A DNA stretch of 62,051 nt from a virus (taxonomy: Duplodnaviria > Caudoviricetes): positions 1-62,051 of IMG/VR virus record IMGVR_UViG_3300020220_000046; one strand, 5' to 3'. The notes under the pieces are model-generated. The model had not been told where the DNA came from. It worked only from the letters and a program-made list of their open reading frames with translations, and searched no databases. Below, in pieces: positions 1 through 8,801 of this stretch. A program made the position numbers and the translations under genes. How positions within the stretch are numbered: position 1 is the stretch's first letter; every line of letters starts with the position of its first letter.

Positions 1-1
1 T

Positions 2-1432
2 ACTCCACTTATGATATGTTGCGTTATTACTACTTTCATTTTCATCGGCAATTGTCCCAACATGAACCCATGGGTCTCCACCGTTTGAATCAAATTCAAC
101 ATAAGCTTGGAACGGGGTAGTTCCTGATGTTGGTTGTAACCAGTAATTGCCACTTGTTGTGTAACCCATTTCTTTAAGTAAACGAGCACTTGGTGCTGCT
201 GACGTTGATGAATTACCCAAAACATTACTACCGATAGATGGCGATACATTTGGCATTGAAAATCTTTCTTTGTAGTGTAGATAATTCTTGTGTATTTCTT
301 CAGCATCCAACACTCTATTATAAACTTTAACAACTACAATCTCACCATTATAATGGTATCCACCTGAATTATACGAACCAATAAATTGATTTCCGTTGCC
401 CGTATTCAGGGTATATGATAATCCATCATCAACTTTACATTGTCCATTAACGTAAGTTCTTCTTTGACCTGTTCTAAATGTTCCAACAACATGATTCCAT
501 TGGTTCACCGTCATGTGACTAGTACTACAATATTGACTATTTCCCGCTTGTCGCCAAACAATACTACTACCCTCCATAAACAAACTATATTGACTGTTTA
601 CGGAACCTTTTTCAAACCAAAAACCATTTTGACTAATTGCATACGGTTTAACAACAACTTCTACTGTAACTGTTTGTGTATCAAATAAATTTGATGATGC
701 AACATTTATAAAATCATTTGTTCCATCAAAATAAATTTTTGGTCTTATGTCTGTATTAAATGTAACATTACTTAAATCTAATGAATGAACACCTGTTAAA
801 TCTTTTAATCCTTGTGTTTGACTTCTTGATGAATAAACATATTGTGAAACAGTTGTTGAGTTTAAATCTTCTTTAAATGGTCCCGCCCAATAAATTGTAA
901 TCGGTACATTTAGTGATGCGGTTGCAGGATTAATTGCCCAATACTTTCCATCACTTCTTGTTACAGTATCATACCATAATACATATGCTCTGAACCAACC
1001 ATCCCCCATATCTTCAGGTTGTGTACAACAACTTTGCCATCCACCAATATTTGAATAATGTAAATAAATTGGTGTACTATGCATTGGGACGGTTGGTTTA
1101 AAAAATATCGAATGTCCAGTATATCTATTTGCGATACCTCCACCACCTCCCGTGACAACACCTAAACCTGGATTATTTGCCGCAGTTAACCACGATACAC
1201 CACTACCATCTAATGGGGTTAATACTTGTTTGTAAACGGGGGCACCTCTGTAGTAATCACCATTTAATGTTAAATTAGTAGTTACACTACCCCCAACATT
1301 ATTGTAATTAGACATACTATCACCAAGTAAATTGGTTGTGGGTCTTCCCAAATACGAATTGTATATGTCACCTGTGTCAAAGTGAAATATTAAATCATTT
1401 TTTAATGTTCTCCCATTTAATCTACTAGCCAT
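2..1432 (-). CDS. Partial virion/adhesin protein: LamG domain followed by the start of a fibrinogen-like domain (runs off the window)
   Basis: Not in the ORF track. ATG at 1432 overlaps the upstream stop (TAATG) and the frame is open to the window edge. Translation: MASRLNGRTLKNDLIFHFDTG...FDGTNDFI...NQWNHVVGT...YVNG...VKVYNRVLDAEEI (LamG), then GYTTSGNYWLQP...PFQAYVEFDSNGGDPW. Confidence 0.8.
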   Translation of the reverse strand, partial: MASRLNGRTLKNDLIFHFDTGDIYNSYLGRPTTNLLGDSMSNYNNVGGSVTTNLTLNGDYYRGAPVYKQVLTPLDGSGVSWLTAANNPGLGVVTGGGGGIANRYTGHSIFFKPTVPMHSTPIYLHYSNIGGWQSCCTQPEDMGDGWFRAYVLWYDTVTRSDGKYWAINPATASLNVPITIYWAGPFKEDLNSTTVSQYVYSSRSQTQGLKDLTGVHSLDLSNVTFNTDIRPKIYFDGTNDFINVASSNLFDTQTVTVEVVVKPYAISQNGFWFEKGSVNSQYSLFMEGSSIVWRQAGNSQYCSTSHMTVNQWNHVVGTFRTGQRRTYVNGQCKVDDGLSYTLNTGNGNQFIGSYNSGGYHYNGEIVVVKVYNRVLDAEEIHKNYLHYKERFSMPNVSPSIGSNVLGNSSTSAAPSARLLKEMGYTTSGNYWLQPTSGTTPFQAYVEFDSNGGDPWVHVGTIADENESSNNATYHKWS

Positions 1433-2694
1433 TATAATCCGTATTGTGATTTTGTTCTATTGTAATTATTTTGAATTTCAGTTGCCGTTAATCCTTTTGA
1501 GTATGCTTTAACGCTTCCGATTTTACCAGCAAATAAAGAACCACCCAAACTCCATGTTGCACATCCAATTGCCATGCGACCACCTTGTGGTGTAATTAAA
1601 CCACTTCTGGTTGTTGCATATTCTGTACCATTTAAATAAAATCTATTTGATGTTCCATACCATGTAAATGCAACGTGTGACCATTGATTAGTGGTTGCTG
1701 CAACAATACTATTATAATCTTCTGTACCACTACCGTATGTTACTGTTGACCAGGTCCCACTATTAATTCTAATTGCTCTTGATGCACCATAAACTTGATT
1801 TTCACCAATAGAAAAAACATATCTATCTCCACTTGTGGATGTGGGGTAACACCACGCTTCAATTGTTCCATAAGGTAATTGGTGACCTGTTAAACCGGTG
1901 AATGTCATAAAATCATCACTACCATCTAATTCAAGTTCACCTAAAGTATTAATTTCTAAACCGAAGTTTAAGTGAGCAACCGCAGATGGGTCGGTTGAAT
2001 AGTTTTCATATGCCCATCCGAATGCCTTTCCAACACCAAGTCCCGGTTTTCCAACCAATATCCATTCGGGACGACCCGGTGATGGATTCCATCCTGACAC
2101 ATATGATGGTGCACCTAAATCCATCATCGTATTGACGGTATTGGTATCATATTGGTCAGCAGCGTGTGAACCAATTAAAATAAAGGTACAATTTGGAAAT
2201 CTTCCTCGTATTCTATTATAATCTCTAACCAACCAAACTAAATTATTACCATATCCTGTTTCTGAACCACCATAATTGTCATAAGTATGATTACCATTTG
2301 AGTTTGCACCGTTAAAATATGAATCGGCAACCCATGAATTTGTATCATTGTTCCATACATACATTCCAATACCTCTACCAACACCATATAAGTTGTAATT
2401 ACCTCTTATGTTGTAACCTGTGTGAATACCTTGATACAAAAACCCTAAAGCGTCTGTTCCATAGTTTCCTTCAGGGTATGTTTTTGCACCTGCAGTATAG
2501 TATGTTTTATTTGATAATTTTAATCCGTTAATAAATAAACTTTTAACTTGTGAGATTTGATTTGTAACACCATCAGTACTACCATTATATCCACCACAAC
2601 CAATAGGACTTACACCCGTTGGTATATTGTGAGTATCGATGACAAAATACGCATCGTTTAATCCTGATAATATGGTTCCCGAACGTGATGCCAT
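1432..2694 (-). CDS. Putative virion lectin-like protein: ILEI/GG-type domain plus C-terminal LamG domain
   Basis: FILIGSHAAD...MMDLGA...RPEWILVGKPG resembles ILEI/GG. LDGSDDF...TIEAWC...NQWSHVAFT...YLNG...FAGKIGSVKAYSKGLTATEIQNNY is LamG-like. Confidence 0.7.
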   Translation of the reverse strand: MASRSGTILSGLNDAYFVIDTHNIPTGVSPIGCGGYNGSTDGVTNQISQVKSLFINGLKLSNKTYYTAGAKTYPEGNYGTDALGFLYQGIHTGYNIRGNYNLYGVGRGIGMYVWNNDTNSWVADSYFNGANSNGNHTYDNYGGSETGYGNNLVWLVRDYNRIRGRFPNCTFILIGSHAADQYDTNTVNTMMDLGAPSYVSGWNPSPGRPEWILVGKPGLGVGKAFGWAYENYSTDPSAVAHLNFGLEINTLGELELDGSDDFMTFTGLTGHQLPYGTIEAWCYPTSTSGDRYVFSIGENQVYGASRAIRINSGTWSTVTYGSGTEDYNSIVAATTNQWSHVAFTWYGTSNRFYLNGTEYATTRSGLITPQGGRMAIGCATWSLGGSLFAGKIGSVKAYSKGLTATEIQNNYNRTKSQYGL

Positions 2695-2695
2695 T

Positions 2696-2896
2696 TTATA
2701 TAAATCTTTCTACCTCGATTACATTATAATTTGGGAAATTTCTTATTTGATTTTCCCATCCATCAAAGTAATCTTTTGTGTTATTAAATTCTGTTAATTC
2801 CATTCCTAAATCTTGTTGGATGACGTTATCATTTTCGTCGGTGATAATCTTATCCCAAGTTGTTTCGTGACTTATAAATTTTATTTTTATATTCAT
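2696..2896 (-). CDS. Small hypothetical protein in the adhesin cluster
   Basis: 66-aa ORF tightly packed between co-oriented genes. Confidence 0.6.
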   Translation of the reverse strand: MNIKIKFISHETTWDKIITDENDNVIQQDLGMELTEFNNTKDYFDGWENQIRNFPNYNVIEVERFI

Positions 2897-2901
2897 ATTT
2901 T

Positions 2902-3615
2902 TTATTTTATATAAACTGCTCCATAATTATGGTAATCACTACCAGAACTATCCCAATAAGGTGCATCAGCGTATCCTCCTCCGCCAGCAAAATAGTTTCC
3001 TGACCAACAAGCACCATACCACCAAGGATTATTGTTATATAAATTAGAACAGTTGGCTGGATAAGCATCTTGGTCGTTATCGTATGTTGTTAAACTAAAT
3101 CCATTTGCAGCATGATAACCATAAAAACCTGACGAACCTGTACTTGTTTCATCACTTAACGTAGCAACACCAGTGAACGCAAACGTTGTTGTGAAATTTG
3201 AAAATCTCCATCTAAATCTTTTTGTGTGTGAACCGCTCAAAGGAATTCCAAATGTTGGTGCAACAAATTGAACAACAGTGACGTTGCTTGAATCATGACG
3301 TTTACCCAACGCTTCCCAATATTTTGTTCCAATCCATATGTTGTAATTGCTTAATCCTGAAAGATTATATAGCGGTGCCGGTGTTGTGGATGACGATGCT
3401 CGATAATTACATGTATTTATCGCATCATAATATGTTAGATTATTCATTCCACCATTACCTTGTCTATTAGCCAAAACACACACCCATCCACCACCATCAT
3501 ATTCTTGGTCAACATATACCACAACATTATCGTTTCCGAGTTTAATGTTGTAAAATCCACTAGGTCCTGTTATTTGAGATACACTTGTGTATCTTCCTCC
3601 GAAATGCATTGCCAT
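2902..3615 (-). CDS. Fibrinogen C-terminal-like (FReD) domain protein
   Basis: SGFYNI...VYVDQEYDGGGWVCV and NGFSLTTYDNDQDAYPANCS...PWWYGACWSGN match the fibrinogen-C pattern (GGGW; FST.D.D.D...NC...WWY..C). Confidence 0.8.
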   Translation of the reverse strand: MAMHFGGRYTSVSQITGPSGFYNIKLGNDNVVVYVDQEYDGGGWVCVLANRQGNGGMNNLTYYDAINTCNYRASSSTTPAPLYNLSGLSNYNIWIGTKYWEALGKRHDSSNVTVVQFVAPTFGIPLSGSHTKRFRWRFSNFTTTFAFTGVATLSDETSTGSSGFYGYHAANGFSLTTYDNDQDAYPANCSNLYNNNPWWYGACWSGNYFAGGGGYADAPYWDSSGSDYHNYGAVYIK

Positions 3616-3646
3616 AAACTAACTATTCTATGATAATAAATACTAT

Positions 3647-4345
3647 TTAGGGTTGTTTCAATGGATTGATTTTGTCTCTAATTAAATGAAATAACTCTTC
3701 GTCTTTTTGAATGTCGGTTTCTGATAGTTTGGATGATACCATAATACTGATACCCTCACCCGCACCACCGACGGTTTTCCCCAATTCGAGGTCAGAGAAA
3801 TCCTTACATAGTTGTAATTTCTCGTAGTGTTCAAAGAATCTATTATAATTGAACCCTATTTTATTAAAAATCAATAGGTGTTCCCATATTGTTTCGTGTT
3901 CGCCATATGATGGGTACATCTTCTCAACATATCTTTTATATGAGTTCCATTCCCCGTGGTCCAAAACCACGTTCTTTATCCATTCTTTTCCCCCGTATTG
4001 ACGTTTTAATGTCTCAAGGTATGTGATTCCATATTTGAACTGATATGTCCTTAAATCCCTTAAAAATGACCAATCATTAATTTCGATGTCAGCATCTAAT
4101 ATAATAGAAATATCGTGATATTTCATCATGTACTTCACCAAAATGAGTTTATCGTGATAGGATTTGAGTGACCTCAAATAAGGTATAATTTTTACAAAAT
4201 TGCTTGAGTAAATTTTTTCAAAATATTCGGTATTGTCGGTTAGAATATAGGGCGCAAAACCTTCATTGAGAATCCTGTTCACTTTCTGTGTTGTATTCTC
4301 AAAATATTCTTTATCTCCAAAACATAGTATTCCAATTCCAATCAT
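3647..4345 (-). CDS. Putative GT-A-fold glycosyltransferase
   Basis: N-terminal IGILCFG..Y, ILTD, YHDK and a DxD motif (ILDAD). Confidence 0.5.
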   Translation of the reverse strand: MIGIGILCFGDKEYFENTTQKVNRILNEGFAPYILTDNTEYFEKIYSSNFVKIIPYLRSLKSYHDKLILVKYMMKYHDISIILDADIEINDWSFLRDLRTYQFKYGITYLETLKRQYGGKEWIKNVVLDHGEWNSYKRYVEKMYPSYGEHETIWEHLLIFNKIGFNYNRFFEHYEKLQLCKDFSDLELGKTVGGAGEGISIMVSSKLSETDIQKDEELFHLIRDKINPLKQP

Positions 4346-4363
4346 TATAAAATAAATCTCGGT

Positions 4364-4519
4364 TTAAAAATCTTCCAGTATCCTTCCACTAGGGTCAGTA
4401 TCCGGTCCATTACTATCTGAATTACAGGGTCCCCTCCCACCACTAATACTTCTAATTGAAGGATTAATAGAACCAACTAAATCTTGTGTTATCGTTTTGG
4501 GTCCTCTGTGATGTCCCAT
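4364..4519 (-). CDS. Small hypothetical protein (51 aa), possibly a remnant of a LamG-protein N-terminus
   Basis: Hand-translated: MGHHRGPKTITQDLVGSINPSIRSISGGRGPCNSDSNGPDTDPSGRILEDF*. It fills the gap between two genes. Confidence 0.45.
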   Translation of the reverse strand: MGHHRGPKTITQDLVGSINPSIRSISGGRGPCNSDSNGPDTDPSGRILEDF

Positions 4520-4520
4520 A

Positions 4521-5318
4521 TTATACTACTTGTTGCCAACCTGTACCATCATGGAAATAAAGATGTGAACTTGAAACTGCAAGTGTTCCAACAGTTCCTG
4601 TGGGTAATGGATTTTGTTGTGTTAATTTTATTGTGGAACTTATATTTATTGAACCTGTTATAGTTTGATTACCATTGAATTGATTTGAACCAGTAGTTGC
4701 AATTCCCGCGGTTGCAAGTGTTGACCAAGACGCACCAATACCATCTGTTTTTAAAAGTCTATTGGTATATGAACTACTTATTGCTGGTAATCCACCACCA
4801 ACTGTTGCTGTTGCGTATCCCGATTGTGCAAGTGAAAATGTTATAACTGTTGTGTTAACACTAAACATCTCAATCGATGTGGGTATAACAACATATCCAT
4901 TACTATCGTACACCTGAATAACAGGATATTGTTCACCTAAGTTGTGGTTAAATACCCAACTTGTGGATGGGGTCGATACTGTTAAGAACTGAGTTGCGCC
5001 GGGTACGGATTGAATTGTGAATGCTAAATTCGCATAAGAAGATGATACGGCATAGGATGATGAAATTACATTGGTAACACCCGCGCCATTTCCAACAAAA
5101 TACGATGCGGTAATGGGTCCAATGATGTTTAACGAACCTGTGTTTACCGTATTTGTTGTAATTATTTCCTCAACGGATGCTCCCCCACCTGAACCAGACT
5201 TAGCAAGGAATACCTTACCGTCGGTGGTGTTAATTGCCAATTCACCTAATTGTAGACTGGCATTTGTTGGTTTTTGACCTGATACACTACTTCTACGTAG
5301 TTTTACTATTTGCGCCAT
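4521..5318 (-). CDS. Tail fibre-like protein
   Basis: N-terminus KLRRSSVSGQKP...LQLGELAINTTDGKVF is typical of phage fibres. It also has a WVFNHNLG.YP.IQVYD module and a C-terminal LYFHDGTGW. Confidence 0.7.
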   Translation of the reverse strand: MAQIVKLRRSSVSGQKPTNASLQLGELAINTTDGKVFLAKSGSGGGASVEEIITTNTVNTGSLNIIGPITASYFVGNGAGVTNVISSSYAVSSSYANLAFTIQSVPGATQFLTVSTPSTSWVFNHNLGEQYPVIQVYDSNGYVVIPTSIEMFSVNTTVITFSLAQSGYATATVGGGLPAISSSYTNRLLKTDGIGASWSTLATAGIATTGSNQFNGNQTITGSINISSTIKLTQQNPLPTGTVGTLAVSSSHLYFHDGTGWQQVV

Positions 5319-5402
5319 ATGTATGGTTCATTATTTTTTTCTTGGTATATACCAAATTATAACCTATTTAGGTCTATTAATAAATACTTGTTTGGGTGAA
5401 AT

Positions 5403-5427
5403 AAAAAACCCCGATTTCTCGGGGTTT
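5403..5427 (-). terminator. Rho-independent terminator
   Basis: 9-bp stem AAACCCCGA/TCGGGGTTT with a GAAA loop on the minus strand and a U-tract, just after the 5450 ORF stop. Confidence 0.85.
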
Positions 5428-5449
5428 AATATGTTTGTGTTTGGTTAAG

Positions 5450-7396
5450 TTAGTAAGTTCCTCCGTCAATAACCGTGGAGAACACTAATCCACCATTGGA
5501 ATTTTTATAACCTAAAATTCCATCAAGAACGTCTGTTGTCTCGGTTGTAGATACATAACCTAAAACATTAGAACTATTTTTAAATACTATTGCAGATGTC
5601 TTTGAGTTAGCGTCAGCTCCTCCAGCAGAACTTAATGTTACATTACCAGCAATTAAAGTTGCACCATTCGAAGATGCTACTGTAAATTTATTGGTATTGT
5701 ATGCTAAAGTTGTTGCATCATCGTACAATAAACTATCTCCGATGTTGTTTGCGCCTGTTGCTTTAGTTATTCTATTTAATATTAAACTAGCTTCAGAACC
5801 ATGAGTTCCCGCAGTTGTACCAACCAACTTACTTGATTGTAAACTTGATGAAACGAACATCCAGTAGTCGTTCTGAGAATCCCATACAAGTGACGCGGAT
5901 ATTCCTGATGAACCTGAATCGATTACCTCAAAACCGGCATATCTTTCAAATGGTGAATATGCGTTTAATCTTATAATATTATCATCCAATTCAATAACGG
6001 ATGAGGATATATGAACTTCAGTCGCACCTCCAAGTAAACTTAAATTACCCGTAACTGTTAAGTCACCACCAATCGATGTTCCACCTGTAATTGTTAAAGT
6101 ACCACCTGTAATATTCGTTGAAATTAAATTCGTTGTTGTTGCACTTGTTGAGGTGAATGATGAACCAGCGCCTAATGCTACGGTTGATGGTAAACTTACT
6201 GTCCAAGTTCTATCACCTGTCAAGTTTTGTGCTCCACCTGTAACTGTAACTTGGTTTGTAGTTCCTGTAACGGTTAAACTTCTGTCGGCTCTAACAGTTT
6301 GAGTGGTACCTGTTGCTTGTGTTCCTAATATAACTTGATTAAATGTGGTTGTTGCGCTTGTTCTAATATCTTGGGCTAAGTCATATTGTAAAGTATTGGT
6401 ATTATCATTAAATGTTGTGGTTAAACCTTTAGCAGCAACACCTGCGAACGTGATTGTTTCAGTTTTAAGCGCAACACTACCGAGATTGGTGGAAGAACCA
6501 TCGGAGGCGGTTACAAATAATGTAGATACGATACCTGTCAACTGAGAACCATCACCTATAAACGAACCTGTAAATGTTGATGCGGATACTGCACCTGTTA
6601 AATTAGCTGAACCCTGAACATTTAATGAACCGGTTATTGTTACAACATCACCACTATTATCACCGAGATTTGTGTTACCTGTTACAGTTAGATTGTTTGT
6701 TGTTATACCACTTGCAACATATAGATTTCTCCATTGTTTGGATGATGAACCAAGGTCGAATGCATTGTTTACGTCAGGAATGATAGAAGAAGAAACTTCG
6801 GCGCCAAAAGTAATATAGTCGGTATTTGCATCACCCACGGTGATGTTACCACCTAAAGTGATATTACCGTCGATTACCGCATTGCCTGTTAATTTTAAAT
6901 TTGAACCGGTAATATTTCCTGTAACTTGAGAATCACCACCCACGGTAAGATTATTGGTTACCCCTACAAAGGAACCAGTTAAAGACGTTGTAAAGTTACC
7001 GGTACCTCCCGTAATATTTGTTACGTTGGCATTTGTACCTGTTAAACTTGTAATTGTAACATTGGCAATGGTATTACCTTCAATGTTACCCGTTAAATCT
7101 ATTTTTCTATTACCTCCAGCCGCTAAAACATACAACGCTTCGTCTGTTGTTGAGTAGAATGGCGTACCATCAACTGTGGTTCCGAATGAACCAGCAGCAA
7201 TTGTTGGTACGGTTGAACCCTCATAAATTTTAGAAATGGGATTATATCCACCCGCAATTTCGTCCGCGCCAATGAATACCCACGGGCCGTTCATTGTACC
7301 GATTGAGCCGGTGGCGACCACCACTTCACCAGACCTAGCAGTTACGTTTTTGAGTTGTGTGATACTACCCCTTCTGTGCTTAATTATTTGTGCCAT
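5450..7396 (-). CDS. Tail fibre protein (Mtd N-terminal-like start)
   Basis: MAQIIKHRRGS...ARSGEVVV N-terminus, G/T/N-rich beta repeats, C-terminal IDGGTY. Confidence 0.75.
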   Translation of the reverse strand: MAQIIKHRRGSITQLKNVTARSGEVVVATGSIGTMNGPWVFIGADEIAGGYNPISKIYEGSTVPTIAAGSFGTTVDGTPFYSTTDEALYVLAAGGNRKIDLTGNIEGNTIANVTITSLTGTNANVTNITGGTGNFTTSLTGSFVGVTNNLTVGGDSQVTGNITGSNLKLTGNAVIDGNITLGGNITVGDANTDYITFGAEVSSSIIPDVNNAFDLGSSSKQWRNLYVASGITTNNLTVTGNTNLGDNSGDVVTITGSLNVQGSANLTGAVSASTFTGSFIGDGSQLTGIVSTLFVTASDGSSTNLGSVALKTETITFAGVAAKGLTTTFNDNTNTLQYDLAQDIRTSATTTFNQVILGTQATGTTQTVRADRSLTVTGTTNQVTVTGGAQNLTGDRTWTVSLPSTVALGAGSSFTSTSATTTNLISTNITGGTLTITGGTSIGGDLTVTGNLSLLGGATEVHISSSVIELDDNIIRLNAYSPFERYAGFEVIDSGSSGISASLVWDSQNDYWMFVSSSLQSSKLVGTTAGTHGSEASLILNRITKATGANNIGDSLLYDDATTLAYNTNKFTVASSNGATLIAGNVTLSSAGGADANSKTSAIVFKNSSNVLGYVSTTETTDVLDGILGYKNSNGGLVFSTVIDGGTY

Positions 7397-7443
7397 GTTT
7401 GTTTATAATTTTTCTTCTTTTATATAAATACTTAATTTTTCCT

Positions 7444-8130
7444 TTAAAAGAACCCTCCGAGGTCGATTTCTGTCATTGCAGTTGGGCTGGAAAAAGTACC
7501 CAATCCTTGAATATTTAAGGAGGCGGAAATAATTTGAGCTCCGATTAAGTTTTCAACTACTTTCATTGCTCCCGATACAATTAATGATTCTGATGCTGGG
7601 TTATTCTTTTGAACCAAGGTTGTTATTCCCTCAACAATAAGGTCACCTTTAATTGTTGTCGCACCACTCATGGTAATCATAGAACCATCGTCAATGATTC
7701 TTGAATCTTCTAATGTAGTACCATTACCATTTAATTTTTGAAGGTGGTTTGTGGTTCCGGACATACTAACTAAAGTAATGGTTTGCTCGGAACCTAAGGG
7801 ACCGGCAATCCATCTATCATTAATTGAATCCCATAAAAGACTACCTGACACAAGGGTCGGAGCTGTTGGGTCTTTCACCAATAAGCCACCGAAAGCATTT
7901 GCTGTCCCGTTTAATTCGATAATATTATCGCCAAGGCTAATTGTATTTGATTCAATTATGGTTGTTGTACCATGAACAGTAAGATTACCCCCGATGTCTA
8001 AAGAACCGGAAATATCCATATCCTTTACGTAAATTCCATCTAGGGGGAAAGGGTCACTACCCAAAACCACCGTTGTACCCGAAGGTGGTACGGTATTTAT
8101 TTGGGTCCAATTAATCTGCTGTAATGCCAT
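7444..8130 (-). CDS. Tail fibre-associated protein, partly paralogous to 5450..7396
   Basis: Shares DNII.LN...S.SL.WDS.ND.W with the neighbouring fibre. Ends IDLGGFF. Confidence 0.65.
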   Translation of the reverse strand: MALQQINWTQINTVPPSGTTVVLGSDPFPLDGIYVKDMDISGSLDIGGNLTVHGTTTIIESNTISLGDNIIELNGTANAFGGLLVKDPTAPTLVSGSLLWDSINDRWIAGPLGSEQTITLVSMSGTTNHLQKLNGNGTTLEDSRIIDDGSMITMSGATTIKGDLIVEGITTLVQKNNPASESLIVSGAMKVVENLIGAQIISASLNIQGLGTFSSPTAMTEIDLGGFF

Positions 8131-8150
8131 GTAAAAGTAAAGTCTTTTAC

Positions 8151-8157
8151 ATAAATA
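8151..8157 (-). promoter_or_regulatory. TATTTAT putative late-promoter motif (representative copy)
   Basis: The same heptamer lies a short distance upstream of ~16 mostly structural genes (see findings). Confidence 0.6.
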
Positions 8158-8193
8158 TTTTATAATCGTTTATGCGCATAAAAAAAGAAGATT

Positions 8194-8484
8194 TTACCCA
8201 TCTTTTTCTTCTGTAATGTATTTTCTTATTATTCCGACCGCCTCATCTTCACCTTTAAAATCCCTTGTGGGACAAAAAACTGGACCATTATTACTACCCT
8301 CCTGTCTAACAAAAAAAGTTGGTAAATAATCTAATTTAGTCTGATTTACCACTTGGTCCCACAATTTCTTGTTTGAATTTACCTCATATTCGGTAAATGG
8401 TAGTGATTCCTTTCGAAGTCTTTCTTTTAATGTTTTACAAGCACCACAACCATTTAATGTAAATAAGATTAATTTATTAGGCAT
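8194..8484 (-). CDS. Glutaredoxin/NrdH-like redoxin
   Basis: FTLNGCGAC (CxxC) and the cis-Pro motif LPTFF. Confidence 0.8.
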   Translation of the reverse strand: MPNKLILFTLNGCGACKTLKERLRKESLPFTEYEVNSNKKLWDQVVNQTKLDYLPTFFVRQEGSNNGPVFCPTRDFKGEDEAVGIIRKYITEEKDG

Positions 8485-8797
8485 TTTGTTCAGTCAATTG
8501 TGATAAATATTTTTTATAAATATCGTCTGGTAGGACCCCTGTCAACTGTCCTTTAAATGATGACCCATTGAAAAAAATAATTGTTGGTATTGAACGAATA
8601 CCCATATCCATAGTATAACTACCATTTTGGTCTACGTTTACCCTAACGAATTTAACATCGGGATACTCAGACTCAAGTCTTTCTAATCTTGGTATCAACA
8701 TCTTACAAGGTCCACACCATTCCGCATAAAAACCCACTAATAATTTTTCTCCATGGGATTTCAATCTTTCCAATTCTTCACTCGTTACGTTCTTCAT
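8477..8797 (-). CDS. trxA: Thioredoxin
   Basis: FYAEWCGPCK and IRSIPT. Confidence 0.93.
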   Translation of the reverse strand: MKNVTSEELERLKSHGEKLLVGFYAEWCGPCKMLIPRLERLESEYPDVKFVRVNVDQNGSYTMDMGIRSIPTIIFFNGSSFKGQLTGVLPDDIYKKYLSQLTEQNA

Positions 8798-8801
8798 TTT
8801 T

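Noticed and set aside
2-7396. Diversity-generating retroelement acting on the fibre or lectin genes
   Set aside because: An Mtd-like N-terminus is present, but I found no reverse transcriptase and no TR/VR pair differing at adenines in this window.
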